This document shows, in pieces, positions 47,531-56,855 of a stretch of 64,000 nt of DNA. The DNA comes from a candidate division WOR-3 bacterium (GTDB taxonomy: Bacteria > Hydrothermota > Hydrothermia > LBFQ01): NCBI GenBank assembly GCA_027003075.1, contig JALWYV010000001.1:24128-88127 (forward strand), written 5' to 3'. Numbering within the stretch: the first letter of the stretch is position 1; each line of letters begins with the position of its first letter. A program made the position numbers and the translations under genes. The notes beneath the pieces were generated by a model, which saw nothing but the letters and a program-made list of their open reading frames with translations, made no database searches and had not been told where the DNA came from.

Positions 47531-48877
47531 TTATTTTACAGCCGAACCGTCCCCCTCAAACTGCTTGACGAACTCCTTTGGCAGACGCCTTCGGGCCGTT
47601 AAGAGGTCGTGGAGGAGGGTTTTAAAGAGCGTATCTAACGCTTCCACCTTCTTCCTCTCAGCCTCTATTTTGTCATCCACGGCCTTCAGAATTTCGGCTA
47701 TGTGTTTCTGCTCGTGGAGAGGAGGGAGGGGGATGGGGAGAGAAATTAAAAGTGACTTTGGAAGTCTTTGCCGTCCCGTCGTTCCTTCCATCTTACTCGA
47801 TAGATTTTGGCGAACTTTTGGATACTTCAGATAATATGCTAGATAAAACAAATTCAAAGAGCTTTTTTCGTCTGTCCATATTGGAAAAACTTCTGTCGTA
47901 GCGTAACCCCATTCTCCGGGAATACTCTTAACTATTCCCTGTTTTCCGTTCTCAAAACTCGGTGTTATTCGTGCTACCAGTAAATCCCCTTCTTTTACCA
48001 AAACCCCACTTTTAACGTCCTCCCTGCGTCTCATCTCCCACCGCTCTATAAACATAAATTCATCAGGGATAAGACTCATAGGAATGAATGGAATACTATC
48101 CCCACTTAACTTTACCCCTTTGTGTCCGATCTTTACCACCTCCCCCAACCGCACCACCTCCCAATGTTCCGGGATCTTTCCGACTTCCGTTTCCTTCAAC
48201 TTCACCTTATCAACCTCGTCAAGAGGCACGGGGCCGTAGGTGAATAGGTGCCTCATCAAAGACTTCTTGAGTTCCTTGAGAGCCTTTATAACGTTTTCGG
48301 TCTTCTCCTTCGCCTCCTGCACAGCCCTTAAGACGTAGGCGATGGCCCTCTGCTCCGGTAGAGGGGGGAGGGGGAAAAGAACTTTCAGAAAATCTTGGGG
48401 CTTTAGATTTTTTCTCCTGTGGACGACGTTGGAAGCAAAACGCATGTACTGGGAAATCATAAAAGGTTGTTTAACTAACCAGTTAAGAAAATCTAGATCT
48501 ACATCCTTGCGAACTATATCCCACACGTGATAAGCCGGACTCACTGCTCCGATGGGATAATTAGAAACCGCAAGAACACCTTCATTGATGGGAAATCCAT
48601 ATACAAGTTACCCCTTTAACACCACTTTATAATTACTTATATCGCGTCCTGCCACCCTTTTTTTAAATTTTTTAAACTGGGGTATCAATCCGTCGTATCT
48701 AGTAATGGAGAGTATAATACCCTTAAAACTTTGCTCTAAATCCTTTACACGTAGTGAGCTTTTCCTAAACAAATCAGCCCCTTTGACCACCTCCCACTCC
48801 TCCGGCAAAGGCCCTAACTCTGTCATTCTGTGGCCGGGAGGGAAATTGTTAGATTTAATCATTTTTGTTCTGTTCAT
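47531..48877 (-). pseudogene. hsdS: type I restriction specificity subunit HsdS interrupted by one in-frame TAA
   Basis: The 89-aa ORF (48608-48877, 'LPEEWEVVKGADL') and the 337-aa ORF (47531-48544) share one reading frame. They are separated only by a TAA at 48608-48610 and 21 sense codons. Together they make about 448 aa with two target-recognition domains. Confidence 0.6.
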
Positions 48878-50519
48878 GTTGTGTTCCTGTTTTAACTAAA
48901 TGTTTTATCTTGTCAATCATATTTTTTATGTATGTCCATCCCTCGTGATCCCGGTCCGGATCCAATCTCCGTACCGCTTCTCTTGCTATAAATGGTTTAC
49001 CTGTAGATCCTTCATCTTTTGCTTTCTTTTCTAATTCTCTATAATTCGGGAAATATTGCCTCATAGCATTTTCAAAATTTTTCCCAAATATAGTAAACTT
49101 ATCCTCTACAATCCAGTCATTGGCTGATATCAAATCGCCAATTTCATTTTCGTCGTTTATTCCTACTGAACGCAAAACATCTTTACGTTTTATTCCTTGC
49201 TTGTCATCTGTTATATCGTTGTCAAAAATAATATATGTAGGTATACCGTAAGAAGTAAAAAATCTATACCATTTAGCAAGATTTCCCTTGCCGCCTACAC
49301 TTATTATAGCAATACCTTCTTTTTCCAATTGAAAGTACTGCTTTTCAAAAAGTTCTGGCAATGCAAATACTTCAGTAGGCCCTTCTACAAGTATTATAGC
49401 ACGTGCGAAAAAACCTGAAAGAATTTCAGGGGATGCATGAACACTGTAATACGGGATTACCGTGTCTTCATTAACCTTATCGGAAGGAGCCCCTAATTTT
49501 ATAAGACTGTTGGACAGATCTTTGCGGGTTAACTGTCGGGTCCTTGTAGCACCGTTCTCCTTATATACAAGGACTAATCCTTCCAAGTTTTCTATTGATA
49601 GAAATTCAGGGCTATGGGTTGTTATGAGTATTTGGAGTCCCTCCTGAGCTCTGCTGCGGAGCTTTTTGGCAAGCCATTTTTGTGCAAGCGGATGCAAATG
49701 GGCTTCAGGTTCTTCAATAATTAGCAGTATTCCACCGTGAAAGGCTTTTGCATAAGAGTATGCAAGTGTTAGAGCCAAAATTTGTTGTTCACCAGTCCCC
49801 ATCTCTTCCAGAGAAACAACAGTCTCCCCTTCTATGGCTTGTAGTTTTAATGCATGAAAGTAATTTGCTGGATTATAAGCTTCAAAATCCACTTCAAGAC
49901 GATGCTGCATTCCATCAATCATATCATTAAACTCTGTTTGTAAATCATCAACAAATTGTTTGAATGGGGATATCTTGAGAAATTCTTCTTTAATTTGTTC
50001 GAATAATCCATTAAGGTTATTTACTACCTCATTGTGTTCTTTTAAATGTTTATGGAACCTTCTCATAATTCTACTAAGCAATGTCCATTTAGAAGAATAG
50101 CTCAGGTGATAAGAGAGGTTTCTTTCTGCTTCAACCACAACTGCAATGCAGTCTTCTCTATCTTCATTTCTAATATATCTTGCTTCTCCGTGACTGATTC
50201 CTTTATAATACACCGGAATATCTTCTAATGGATTGTATCGCCATATGATAGCTTCAAACTTCCCTGCAAGAGGAGGATCAAATTTTGCGCTAATTTCAAT
50301 CGTATTACTCCTATCTCTACCGAAAAATTCAAAATCTTCAGGGTCGTAATTACCTGGCCAGACAGGCCCCAGAAGTAACCGTATCGCTTTGACTATATTA
50401 GATTTTCCGGCATTATTTTCTCCTATTAATACTACATGACCTGTTTCAGGAAAAACTATTTTCACAGGATCCTTAATAGAACGGTATCCCGAAATTCTTA
50501 TTTCCCTAATCCTACCCAT
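48855..50519 (-). CDS. OLD-family ATP-dependent endonuclease (ABC-type ATPase plus C-terminal TOPRIM), single-gene class 1-like
   Basis: Walker A 'GENNAGKSN', Walker B '[13 protein letters not shown]', H-loop '[10 protein letters not shown]'. The C-terminal TOPRIM has 'ILVEGPTE' and 'IFDNDITDD'. AT-rich. Overlaps hsdS by 23 nt. Confidence 0.8.
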   Translation of the reverse strand: MGRIREIRISGYRSIKDPVKIVFPETGHVVLIGENNAGKSNIVKAIRLLLGPVWPGNYDPEDFEFFGRDRSNTIEISAKFDPPLAGKFEAIIWRYNPLEDIPVYYKGISHGEARYIRNEDREDCIAVVVEAERNLSYHLSYSSKWTLLSRIMRRFHKHLKEHNEVVNNLNGLFEQIKEEFLKISPFKQFVDDLQTEFNDMIDGMQHRLEVDFEAYNPANYFHALKLQAIEGETVVSLEEMGTGEQQILALTLAYSYAKAFHGGILLIIEEPEAHLHPLAQKWLAKKLRSRAQEGLQILITTHSPEFLSIENLEGLVLVYKENGATRTRQLTRKDLSNSLIKLGAPSDKVNEDTVIPYYSVHASPEILSGFFARAIILVEGPTEVFALPELFEKQYFQLEKEGIAIISVGGKGNLAKWYRFFTSYGIPTYIIFDNDITDDKQGIKRKDVLRSVGINDENEIGDLISANDWIVEDKFTIFGKNFENAMRQYFPNYRELEKKAKDEGSTGKPFIAREAVRRLDPDRDHEGWTYIKNMIDKIKHLVKTGTQHEQNKND

Positions 50520-50793
50520 TCTCCCCCTCCATCCTAACCCCCAGTACCCTCAACACCTCCCACAACCTCCTGTCCGCCTCCCTCCTCTCGTCCTCCACGA
50601 TCTGCAGGGCCACATCCCGGCTCCCGTACTCCATCGCCAGGGCCTTTATCTCGTCCTCAAAGACGTCCGAAAGGCGCTTGAGGAAAATGAGTGGCAGTAT
50701 GTAGTCCTTGAACTTCGGGGCGTCAATCGGCCCCCTTATCACCGAGGCGGCTTCCCACAACCAGTTTTCAAGCGTCTTTATGCTCAACGCCAT
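50512..50793 (-). pseudogene. hsdM: HsdM N-terminal domain remnant (93 aa); the methyltransferase domain is absent
   Basis: '[41 protein letters not shown]' is the HsdM_N signature. The ORF ends in a divergent tail whose TAG overlaps the OLD ATG (ATGGGTAG). accD follows immediately, so no catalytic domain can be present. Confidence 0.55.
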
Positions 50794-50829
50794 AGAGCCG
50801 GAGGGTATTATAAGAGGGAGCAGAACCCC

Positions 50830-51678
50830 TCACCTTATGCCCGCAGTCATCATATCAAGGAGGCGGGCTATGGTACGCTTCATCTCCCTCCTGTCCACCA
50901 CCAGGTCCACCTGCCCATGCTCCAGCTGGAACTCGCTCCTCTGGAATCCGGGAGGGAGGTCCTGCCCTATGGTCTGCTTTATCACCCTCGGCCCGGCAAA
51001 ACCAATAAGGGCGTTCGGTTCTGCTATTATCACGTCCCCTAACGCCGCAAAGCTGGCCATAACACCGCCCATGGTCGGGTCCCCGAGGACGGTTATGTAC
51101 GGAACCCCTCTCTCCTCCAGTTGTATGACCCCCACGGTGGTCTTCACCATCTGCATTAACGAAAATATCCCCTCGTGCATCCTCGCCCCGCCCCCGGAGA
51201 AGAGGACGGCTATGAGAGGTACGCGTTTACGTCGGGACTCCCTTGCCGCTCTGTAGAACTTCTCCCCGAAGACCGACCCCATTGACCCCCCAAGGAAGGC
51301 GAAGTCCGTGAAGAACCCCACCACCTTCCTACCGAATATGTGTCCTATCCCGGCCACGCTGCTGTCTTTGAGGCCGTACAGCCTCTCGTACTTGCGCATC
51401 TTATCCTTGTATCCGGGGAAGTTCAGGGGGTCCGCGGAGACGAGGTTCGCCCCGATCTCCTTCTCTATGCCCTCGTCAAAGAGGAGGTTGGCGTACTCGT
51501 ACGCCCCTATACGGAAGTGATAGCCGCACTTCGGACACACCTTGGCGTTGGCCGTCAGGTCCGGGTTCGGGAGGATGCTCCCGCAGGAGGGACACTTTAC
51601 CCAGAAGTCGTCCGGTATGCTTATCCGGGACTTCTTTTTCGGGGGTGGTACCTTCTTCTTTTTCCTGCGGAAGAACAT
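50830..51678 (-). CDS. accD: acetyl-CoA carboxylase carboxyltransferase subunit beta
   Basis: Zinc ribbon 'CPSCGSILPNPDLTANAKVCPKCGYHFR' and a carboxyltransferase domain. The start at 51678 overlaps the upstream gene's stop (ATGA). The track ORF is over-extended. Confidence 0.9.
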   Translation of the reverse strand: MFFRRKKKKVPPPKKKSRISIPDDFWVKCPSCGSILPNPDLTANAKVCPKCGYHFRIGAYEYANLLFDEGIEKEIGANLVSADPLNFPGYKDKMRKYERLYGLKDSSVAGIGHIFGRKVVGFFTDFAFLGGSMGSVFGEKFYRAARESRRKRVPLIAVLFSGGGARMHEGIFSLMQMVKTTVGVIQLEERGVPYITVLGDPTMGGVMASFAALGDVIIAEPNALIGFAGPRVIKQTIGQDLPPGFQRSEFQLEHGQVDLVVDRREMKRTIARLLDMMTAGIR

Positions 51679-52865
51679 CAGGCCACCTCCACGCCCTCGT
51701 ACACGATCTTCTTCCAGAGCGTACCTACCTCCCTGACCCTGTCGGCCACGTACTCCTTTATGTCCTGAAGCTCCGTATCCGTCACCCCACCCCACACCCT
51801 CGTATGGACGAGCTGGGGTTCGTTGATGGGCCTCCCGATCTGGGAGACGAGGTAGATGTAAACGTTCTCAACGGCCGGGAACCTCTCCACCACCTCCCTC
51901 GCTATCATGTTGGCGGCTACGTTGTATATCTTCCCCACGTGGGAGACGGGGTTTTTGCCGGCCGCGGCCTCAAGGGTCATGGGTCTGTAGGGGGTTATGA
52001 GGCCGTTCACACGGTTCCCCCTTCCCACCTGACCGTCGTCCCCCGCCTCAGCGCTGGTGCCGGTTACGGTTATGTAAACCGACCCCCTCCCGTAGTCGTC
52101 GGCCACGTTGATCTCAACCGACAGGGGGTAATCCCCAAGTATCTCCTTGGCGCGTACGTACACGTCGTTCTGGACCCTCGTCTTCAGTTCCCTGTAGTGT
52201 TTGACGTCCTTCACGTACCTGTCAACGAAGGCGAGGGCCACGGTGATCCGGTAGGTCTTGAGGTCCCTCACCACCATCACCTTTATGTCCTCTCCCACGA
52301 AGGGGTTGTCAGATTTGTACTGGGGTGAATTAAGGAAACGTTCCACCTCGTAGGCCAGCTTTTCGGCCTTCGTCAAAGGGTAGAAGCCAACGCCGAAGGA
52401 CGTGTCGTTGGCAAGGGGAACCCCACCCTCCCTCTCAAAGAGGTCGGTGAGGTCCTCGCTTCCGGCCCGCGCCTTCAGGTATAGGTTGATGTGCCGGTCA
52501 ACGTCAAGGTGGGGGAGGTTCCTGCGGAGCCACTCCTTCGTCGTCTCGTAGTAGATCTCCTCTATCTCCTTACGGAACTCCTCCCCCCTGTACCGGTAGG
52601 TTGCTCTCCCCACGAGGGTGAACTCTATAGGTTCCTTTATCTCCCCTCCTCCGAATCTGGGTGAGGCCTCCCCGCCAACGAGGATGGCCTTGTCAAGGTT
52701 GTGATGCAGTATCTTCCCGAACCTGCCGATGTAAAAACGGGAAAGGGCCCTGCTGTACTCCTCCGCGAGGCTGTCGCATATGGTGTCAGGGTGTCCCGTA
52801 CCCTTACGCTCCACTATCTCAAAGTCTCCCATGAAGGGTGCCGTCTCCAGATCTATCCTGACCAT
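51678..52865 (-). CDS. mat: S-adenosylmethionine synthetase, archaeal-type (MAT)
   Basis: 395 aa with 'ERKGTGHPDTICDSLAEE' near the N-terminus, the archaeal AdoMet synthetase signature. It is not the bacterial MetK pattern. Confidence 0.8.
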   Translation of the reverse strand: MVRIDLETAPFMGDFEIVERKGTGHPDTICDSLAEEYSRALSRFYIGRFGKILHHNLDKAILVGGEASPRFGGGEIKEPIEFTLVGRATYRYRGEEFRKEIEEIYYETTKEWLRRNLPHLDVDRHINLYLKARAGSEDLTDLFEREGGVPLANDTSFGVGFYPLTKAEKLAYEVERFLNSPQYKSDNPFVGEDIKVMVVRDLKTYRITVALAFVDRYVKDVKHYRELKTRVQNDVYVRAKEILGDYPLSVEINVADDYGRGSVYITVTGTSAEAGDDGQVGRGNRVNGLITPYRPMTLEAAAGKNPVSHVGKIYNVAANMIAREVVERFPAVENVYIYLVSQIGRPINEPQLVHTRVWGGVTDTELQDIKEYVADRVREVGTLWKKIVYEGVEVA

Positions 52866-52924
52866 TTTGACCTGCTATTCTACACGAGAGAGAAGCGTTA
52901 GAAGACTCCCCCTTTTGCCCTCGC

Positions 52925-54370
52925 CTACCCCTTGACGACTATTACGGGCCTGTTCCTCGCCACTATCTTTGATAGGCCGGCGCCCTCCACCACCTTAACC
53001 ACCTCCTCCGCATCCTTGTAAGCCTCCGGCACCTCCTCAAGGATCGTCGCCCTGCTGCTCGCTCTGATTATTATCCCCCTCTCCTGAAGTCTCCTCTTAA
53101 CCTCTCCAACGCTGAACAGTTTCTTTGCTTTACGTCTGGAGAGGACCCTTCCGGCACCGTGGCACGTGGATCCGAAACTCTTTTCCATAGAACCGGGCAT
53201 ACCCACCAGGACGAAGGAGTACCGGCCCATATCCCCCGGTATTATCACGGGCTGGCCCACGTCCCTGTAGGCCTCCGGTATCTCCGGCCTGCCGGCCGGA
53301 AAGGCGCGGGTTGCCCCCTTGCGGTGAACGAGGACGTCCACCGTCCTGCCGTCCACATCGTACCTCTCAAACTTGGCTATGTTGTGGGCCACGTCGTAAA
53401 GGAGGTGCATTCCGAGATCGTCGGCCGACTTCCTGAAGACCTCCTCAAAGGCCCTCCGGACGTTGAAGGTTATGAGCTGGCGGTTCGCAAAGGCGTAGTT
53501 GGCCGCCGAGGCCATCGCTTTAAGGTAATCCCTCCCCTCCTTGCTCGTTATGGGTGCGCAGGCGAGCTGCTTATCCGGAACGTCTATCCCGTACTTGCTC
53601 TTCATAACGGAGAGCATCACGGAGATGTAGTCGTCGGCGATCTGATGGCCGAAGCCCCTTGAGCCGCAGTGAACCATGACCACCACCTGCCCTTTATAAA
53701 GGCCGAACTTCTGAGCAACCTCCCTGTCGTAAATCTTATCCACCACCTGAACCTCAAGGAAGTGGTTGCCGCTCCCGAGGGTACCCAGCTGGTCCGCCCC
53801 CCTCTGCCTCGCCCTCCGGGACACCTTTGAGAAGTCGGCCCCCTTCATCTGGCCGTTCTCCTCTATGAAGTTCAGATCCTCCTCCCAGCCGTACCCCATC
53901 TCCACCATGTACCTTGCCCCCTCGTGGGAGACCCTCTCCAGATCCTTCTTGCTCGCCCGGAAGGGACCCCCCACCCCCACACCCGAAGGTACGTAGGAGT
54001 AGAGTTTGTTCGCGAGCCTCTCGGCCACGCTCTGGAGCTCCTCGTAAAATATGTTGGTCTTTATGAGTCTGACCCCGCAGTTTATGTCAAACCCTATCCC
54101 CCCCGGAGAGACGACCCCGTCCTCTACCCGGAAGGCGGCAACGCCCCCGACGGGGAAGCCGTACCCCCAGTGGATGTCCGGCATCCCTATGGAGTACTTC
54201 ACTATACCCGGCAACGTCGCCACGTTGGCCACCTGTTCAAGGGCCTCGTCCTCCGGCATTATCCGGGAACTCGTAAATATCAGGCCGGGGACCCTCATAC
54301 CCGGCTTGTAATCCATCGGAAGCTCGTACATGAACCTTCCGATCTTTCTCAGATGACTTCTCGCACCCAC
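52925..54370 (-). CDS. rtcB: RNA-splicing ligase RtcB (3'-phosphate/5'-hydroxy RNA ligase)
   Basis: 'HCGSRGFGHQ' and 'GSTCHGAGR' are RtcB motifs. 481 aa. Confidence 0.9.
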   Translation of the reverse strand: MGARSHLRKIGRFMYELPMDYKPGMRVPGLIFTSSRIMPEDEALEQVANVATLPGIVKYSIGMPDIHWGYGFPVGGVAAFRVEDGVVSPGGIGFDINCGVRLIKTNIFYEELQSVAERLANKLYSYVPSGVGVGGPFRASKKDLERVSHEGARYMVEMGYGWEEDLNFIEENGQMKGADFSKVSRRARQRGADQLGTLGSGNHFLEVQVVDKIYDREVAQKFGLYKGQVVVMVHCGSRGFGHQIADDYISVMLSVMKSKYGIDVPDKQLACAPITSKEGRDYLKAMASAANYAFANRQLITFNVRRAFEEVFRKSADDLGMHLLYDVAHNIAKFERYDVDGRTVDVLVHRKGATRAFPAGRPEIPEAYRDVGQPVIIPGDMGRYSFVLVGMPGSMEKSFGSTCHGAGRVLSRRKAKKLFSVGEVKRRLQERGIIIRASSRATILEEVPEAYKDAEEVVKVVEGAGLSKIVARNRPVIVVKG

Positions 54371-54392
54371 CTTTTGATTGTAAGGTTGAAGG

Positions 54393-55196
54393 TCAACCCA
54401 GCTTGCCGAGGAACTCGTCCAGCTCCTCGCGGCTCTTGAACTTTATCTCAAGGGTGAGCGACCTCTTTCCCGCCTTGAGGCGGCCCCTCAACCCCTTCCT
54501 CTGGAGCATCTCCTCGTACTCGTTCACCCAGACGTTATCGTCCTCCCCGTCCGATAGCAGCCTCTCAAGCTCCCGGACGCTTATACCCTCCTCAACCACC
54601 CTCCTCGCCCACAGGATCTGATCGTCGGGGTCGTTCAGCCGCAGTAGAACCCTCGCGTGTCCCTCGCTTATCCGACCGTTCGCGAGGAGATTTAGGACCT
54701 CCTCCGGAAGGTCCAGAAGGCGAAGGGTGTTGGTTATGGCGCTCCGGCTCTTCCCCACTATCTTACCTATCTCGGAGTCCGTGGCGTTGAACTCCTCCTT
54801 GAGCTTCTTCAGGGCGAGGGCCTTTTCAACCGGGTTAAGGTCCTCCCTCTGCAGGTTCTCAACTAAGGCGAATATCAGCATCTCCTCTTCGCTCTCCACC
54901 TCCCTTATTATGGCCGGAACCCGGTCAAGACCGGCCAGTTTGGCCGCCCTCCACCTCCTCTCACCGGCTATTATCTCGTACCTGCCGTCCTTCTCCCTGA
55001 CCACTATGGGCTGGAGCATGCCGTGGCTCTTTATGGATTCGGCCAGCTCAAGGAGTTCCTCCTCCGTGAAGTTGCGGCGGGGCTGGTAAGGGTTCGGCAC
55101 GATCTCGTCCACGGGTACGTACCTCTGGAGACTCACGTCCTCCTTCTCGCTGAATATGGCACCCAGTCCCCTACCGAGCCGACTTGACCTTGGCAT
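54393..55196 (-). CDS. parB: chromosome partitioning protein ParB/Spo0J
   Basis: 'PNPYQPRRNFTEEELLELAESIKSHGMLQPIVVR' and 'EIIAGERRWRAAKLAGL'. Confidence 0.9.
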   Translation of the reverse strand: MPRSSRLGRGLGAIFSEKEDVSLQRYVPVDEIVPNPYQPRRNFTEEELLELAESIKSHGMLQPIVVREKDGRYEIIAGERRWRAAKLAGLDRVPAIIREVESEEEMLIFALVENLQREDLNPVEKALALKKLKEEFNATDSEIGKIVGKSRSAITNTLRLLDLPEEVLNLLANGRISEGHARVLLRLNDPDDQILWARRVVEEGISVRELERLLSDGEDDNVWVNEYEEMLQRKGLRGRLKAGKRSLTLEIKFKSREELDEFLGKLG

Positions 55197-55932
55197 ACTT
55201 TATCTCCTTTGCCAGCTCCATGTACGCGATGGCCCCGCGGGATGAGGGGTCGTAGACCACACCGGGCTTCCCGAAACTCGGCGCCTCCGCCAGTTTGACG
55301 TTTCGGGGGATAACGGAGCGGAAGAGCTTGTCCCCGAAGTACCTCCGCAACTCCTCGTACACCTCTCTTGCAAGCCTCACCCTCTTGTCGTACATGGCCA
55401 CAAGAACGCCCATCAACTCCAGACGGGGGTTCAGGAGGTTGATAACGTACTTCAGGGTCTCAAGGAGCTGCCCCAGACCTTCAAGGGCGTAGTACTCCGC
55501 CTGAACCGGTATGATCACCCTGTCGGCCGCCGTGAGGGACAGGATAGTTAAGGTACCGAGGGACGGGGGCGTATCTATTATGACCCAGTCGTAATCCAGC
55601 CCCCTCAGGAGGTCTCGCAGGCGGTACTCCCATCCGCCCATCCCCTTCAGTTCGGCGTCAACACCTATCAGATCCGGGGAGGAGGGCAGACAGTCCATTC
55701 CCTTGACCTCCGTGGGGTATATGGCCTCCCGTACGTCGGCCAGACCTATAAGGGCGTGGTAGAGGTTGGGCGTGCGGTTCACGAGACCCACCCCTATGCT
55801 GGCGTTGGCCTGAGAGTCCGCGTCAACCAGAAGGACCCTGTCCCCCATGAGGGCGAGGGCGGCGGAGAGGTTCACGGCGGTGGTGGTCTTGCCCACCCCT
55901 CCCTTCTGGTTGGCTATTACGATCCTCATCAC
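55171..55932 (-). CDS. parA: chromosome partitioning ATPase ParA/Soj
   Basis: Deviant Walker A '[15 protein letters not shown]'. Confidence 0.9.
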   Translation of the reverse strand: MMRIVIANQKGGVGKTTTAVNLSAALALMGDRVLLVDADSQANASIGVGLVNRTPNLYHALIGLADVREAIYPTEVKGMDCLPSSPDLIGVDAELKGMGGWEYRLRDLLRGLDYDWVIIDTPPSLGTLTILSLTAADRVIIPVQAEYYALEGLGQLLETLKYVINLLNPRLELMGVLVAMYDKRVRLAREVYEELRRYFGDKLFRSVIPRNVKLAEAPSFGKPGVVYDPSSRGAIAYMELAKEIKYAKVKSAR

Positions 55933-56810
55933 CAGCCCCTGGTCTGGAGGAGTTCCCCTTCGGAGAGCTCGTGGATGTCCACTCCCCTCATCGGCTCACC
56001 GAGGCCACGGGAGATACGGGCCAGAACCTTCGGGTTGTCGTAGTAGGCGACGGCCTCAACTATGGCTGCGGCCATACGGCGGGGGTTGGAGGACTTGAAT
56101 ATACCGCTACCCACGAATACGGCCTCGGCTCCCAGCTGCATCATCAGGGCGGCGTCGGCGGGCGTTGCTATCCCACCGGCGGCGAAGTTGGGTACGGGAA
56201 GGCGACCGTGTTCCGCAACGTACTTGACCAGTTCGTAGGGGGCCTTTAACTCCTTCGCTGCGGCGTAGAGTTCCTCGGGGTCCTTCGTCGTTAGCTCCCT
56301 TATCTGGCGATTTATACGGCGCATGTGCCGGACGGCCTCCACCACGTTACCCGTGCCGGCCTCACCTTTGGTCCTTATCATGGCCGCCCCCTCCGCTATC
56401 CTTCTGAGGGCCTCACCGAGGTCCCTGGCCCCGCACACGAAGGGGACGTTGAAGGGATGTTTGTCTATGTGGTTCTCCTCGTCCGCAGGGGTAAGAACCT
56501 CGCTCTCGTCTATGAAGTCAACTCCGAGCTCTTCCAGTATCTGGGCCTCAACGAAGTGGCCTATCCGGACCTTTGCCATTACGGGTATGGTCACGGCGTC
56601 CATTATCCGGAGGATGATTTCGGGGTCGGCCATACGGGCGACTCCCCCCTGCTTCCGGATGTCGGCCGGGACCCTCTCCAGGGCCATGACGGCCACGGCT
56701 CCGGCCTCCTCGGCTATTCTGGCCTGTTCCGGAGTGGTAACGTCCATTATCACCCCACCCTTCAGCATCTGAGCCAGCCCTACCTTAACGCGCCAGGTTC
56801 CTCTGAGCAT
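55929..56810 (-). CDS. pdxS: pyridoxal 5'-phosphate synthase lyase subunit PdxS
   Basis: '[31 protein letters not shown]'. I place the start at the ATG at 56810, not at the track's extended start. Confidence 0.9.
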   Translation of the reverse strand: MLRGTWRVKVGLAQMLKGGVIMDVTTPEQARIAEEAGAVAVMALERVPADIRKQGGVARMADPEIILRIMDAVTIPVMAKVRIGHFVEAQILEELGVDFIDESEVLTPADEENHIDKHPFNVPFVCGARDLGEALRRIAEGAAMIRTKGEAGTGNVVEAVRHMRRINRQIRELTTKDPEELYAAAKELKAPYELVKYVAEHGRLPVPNFAAGGIATPADAALMMQLGAEAVFVGSGIFKSSNPRRMAAAIVEAVAYYDNPKVLARISRGLGEPMRGVDIHELSEGELLQTRGW

Positions 56811-56855
56811 GTTCAACCGATATTCTAAAGGTGCGGAAAGTGGTATATCCCCACT

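Larger units (their letters stand above)
45805..50519. other. AT-rich genomic islet (about 4.7 kb) inserted into a GC-rich type I R-M locus
   Basis: Composition shifts abruptly at the hsdR start and at the OLD start. The five genes inside (membrane protein, TIR, 259-aa protein, hsdS, OLD) have AT-rich codon usage unlike all flanking genes. Confidence 0.6.

Noticed and set aside
50512-51795. Possibility that a full hsdM exists, formed from the stub plus an upstream sequence
   Set aside because: accD (minus strand, ending at 50830) directly abuts the stub with only about 36 nt between them. There is no room for a methyltransferase domain.
50830-51795. N-terminal extensions in the track ORFs for accD, pdxS (to 56894), the DUF255 gene (from 7434), the mutase (from 59581) and the gene at 40886-41779
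   Set aside because: The upstream extensions overlap the preceding gene or a terminator and have atypical composition. Internal ATGs aligned with conserved N-terminal motifs are the likelier starts.
52866-52924. Possible SAM riboswitch upstream of the MAT gene
   Set aside because: The 5' UTR is only about 58 nt and lacks the conserved SAM-I/II helices.
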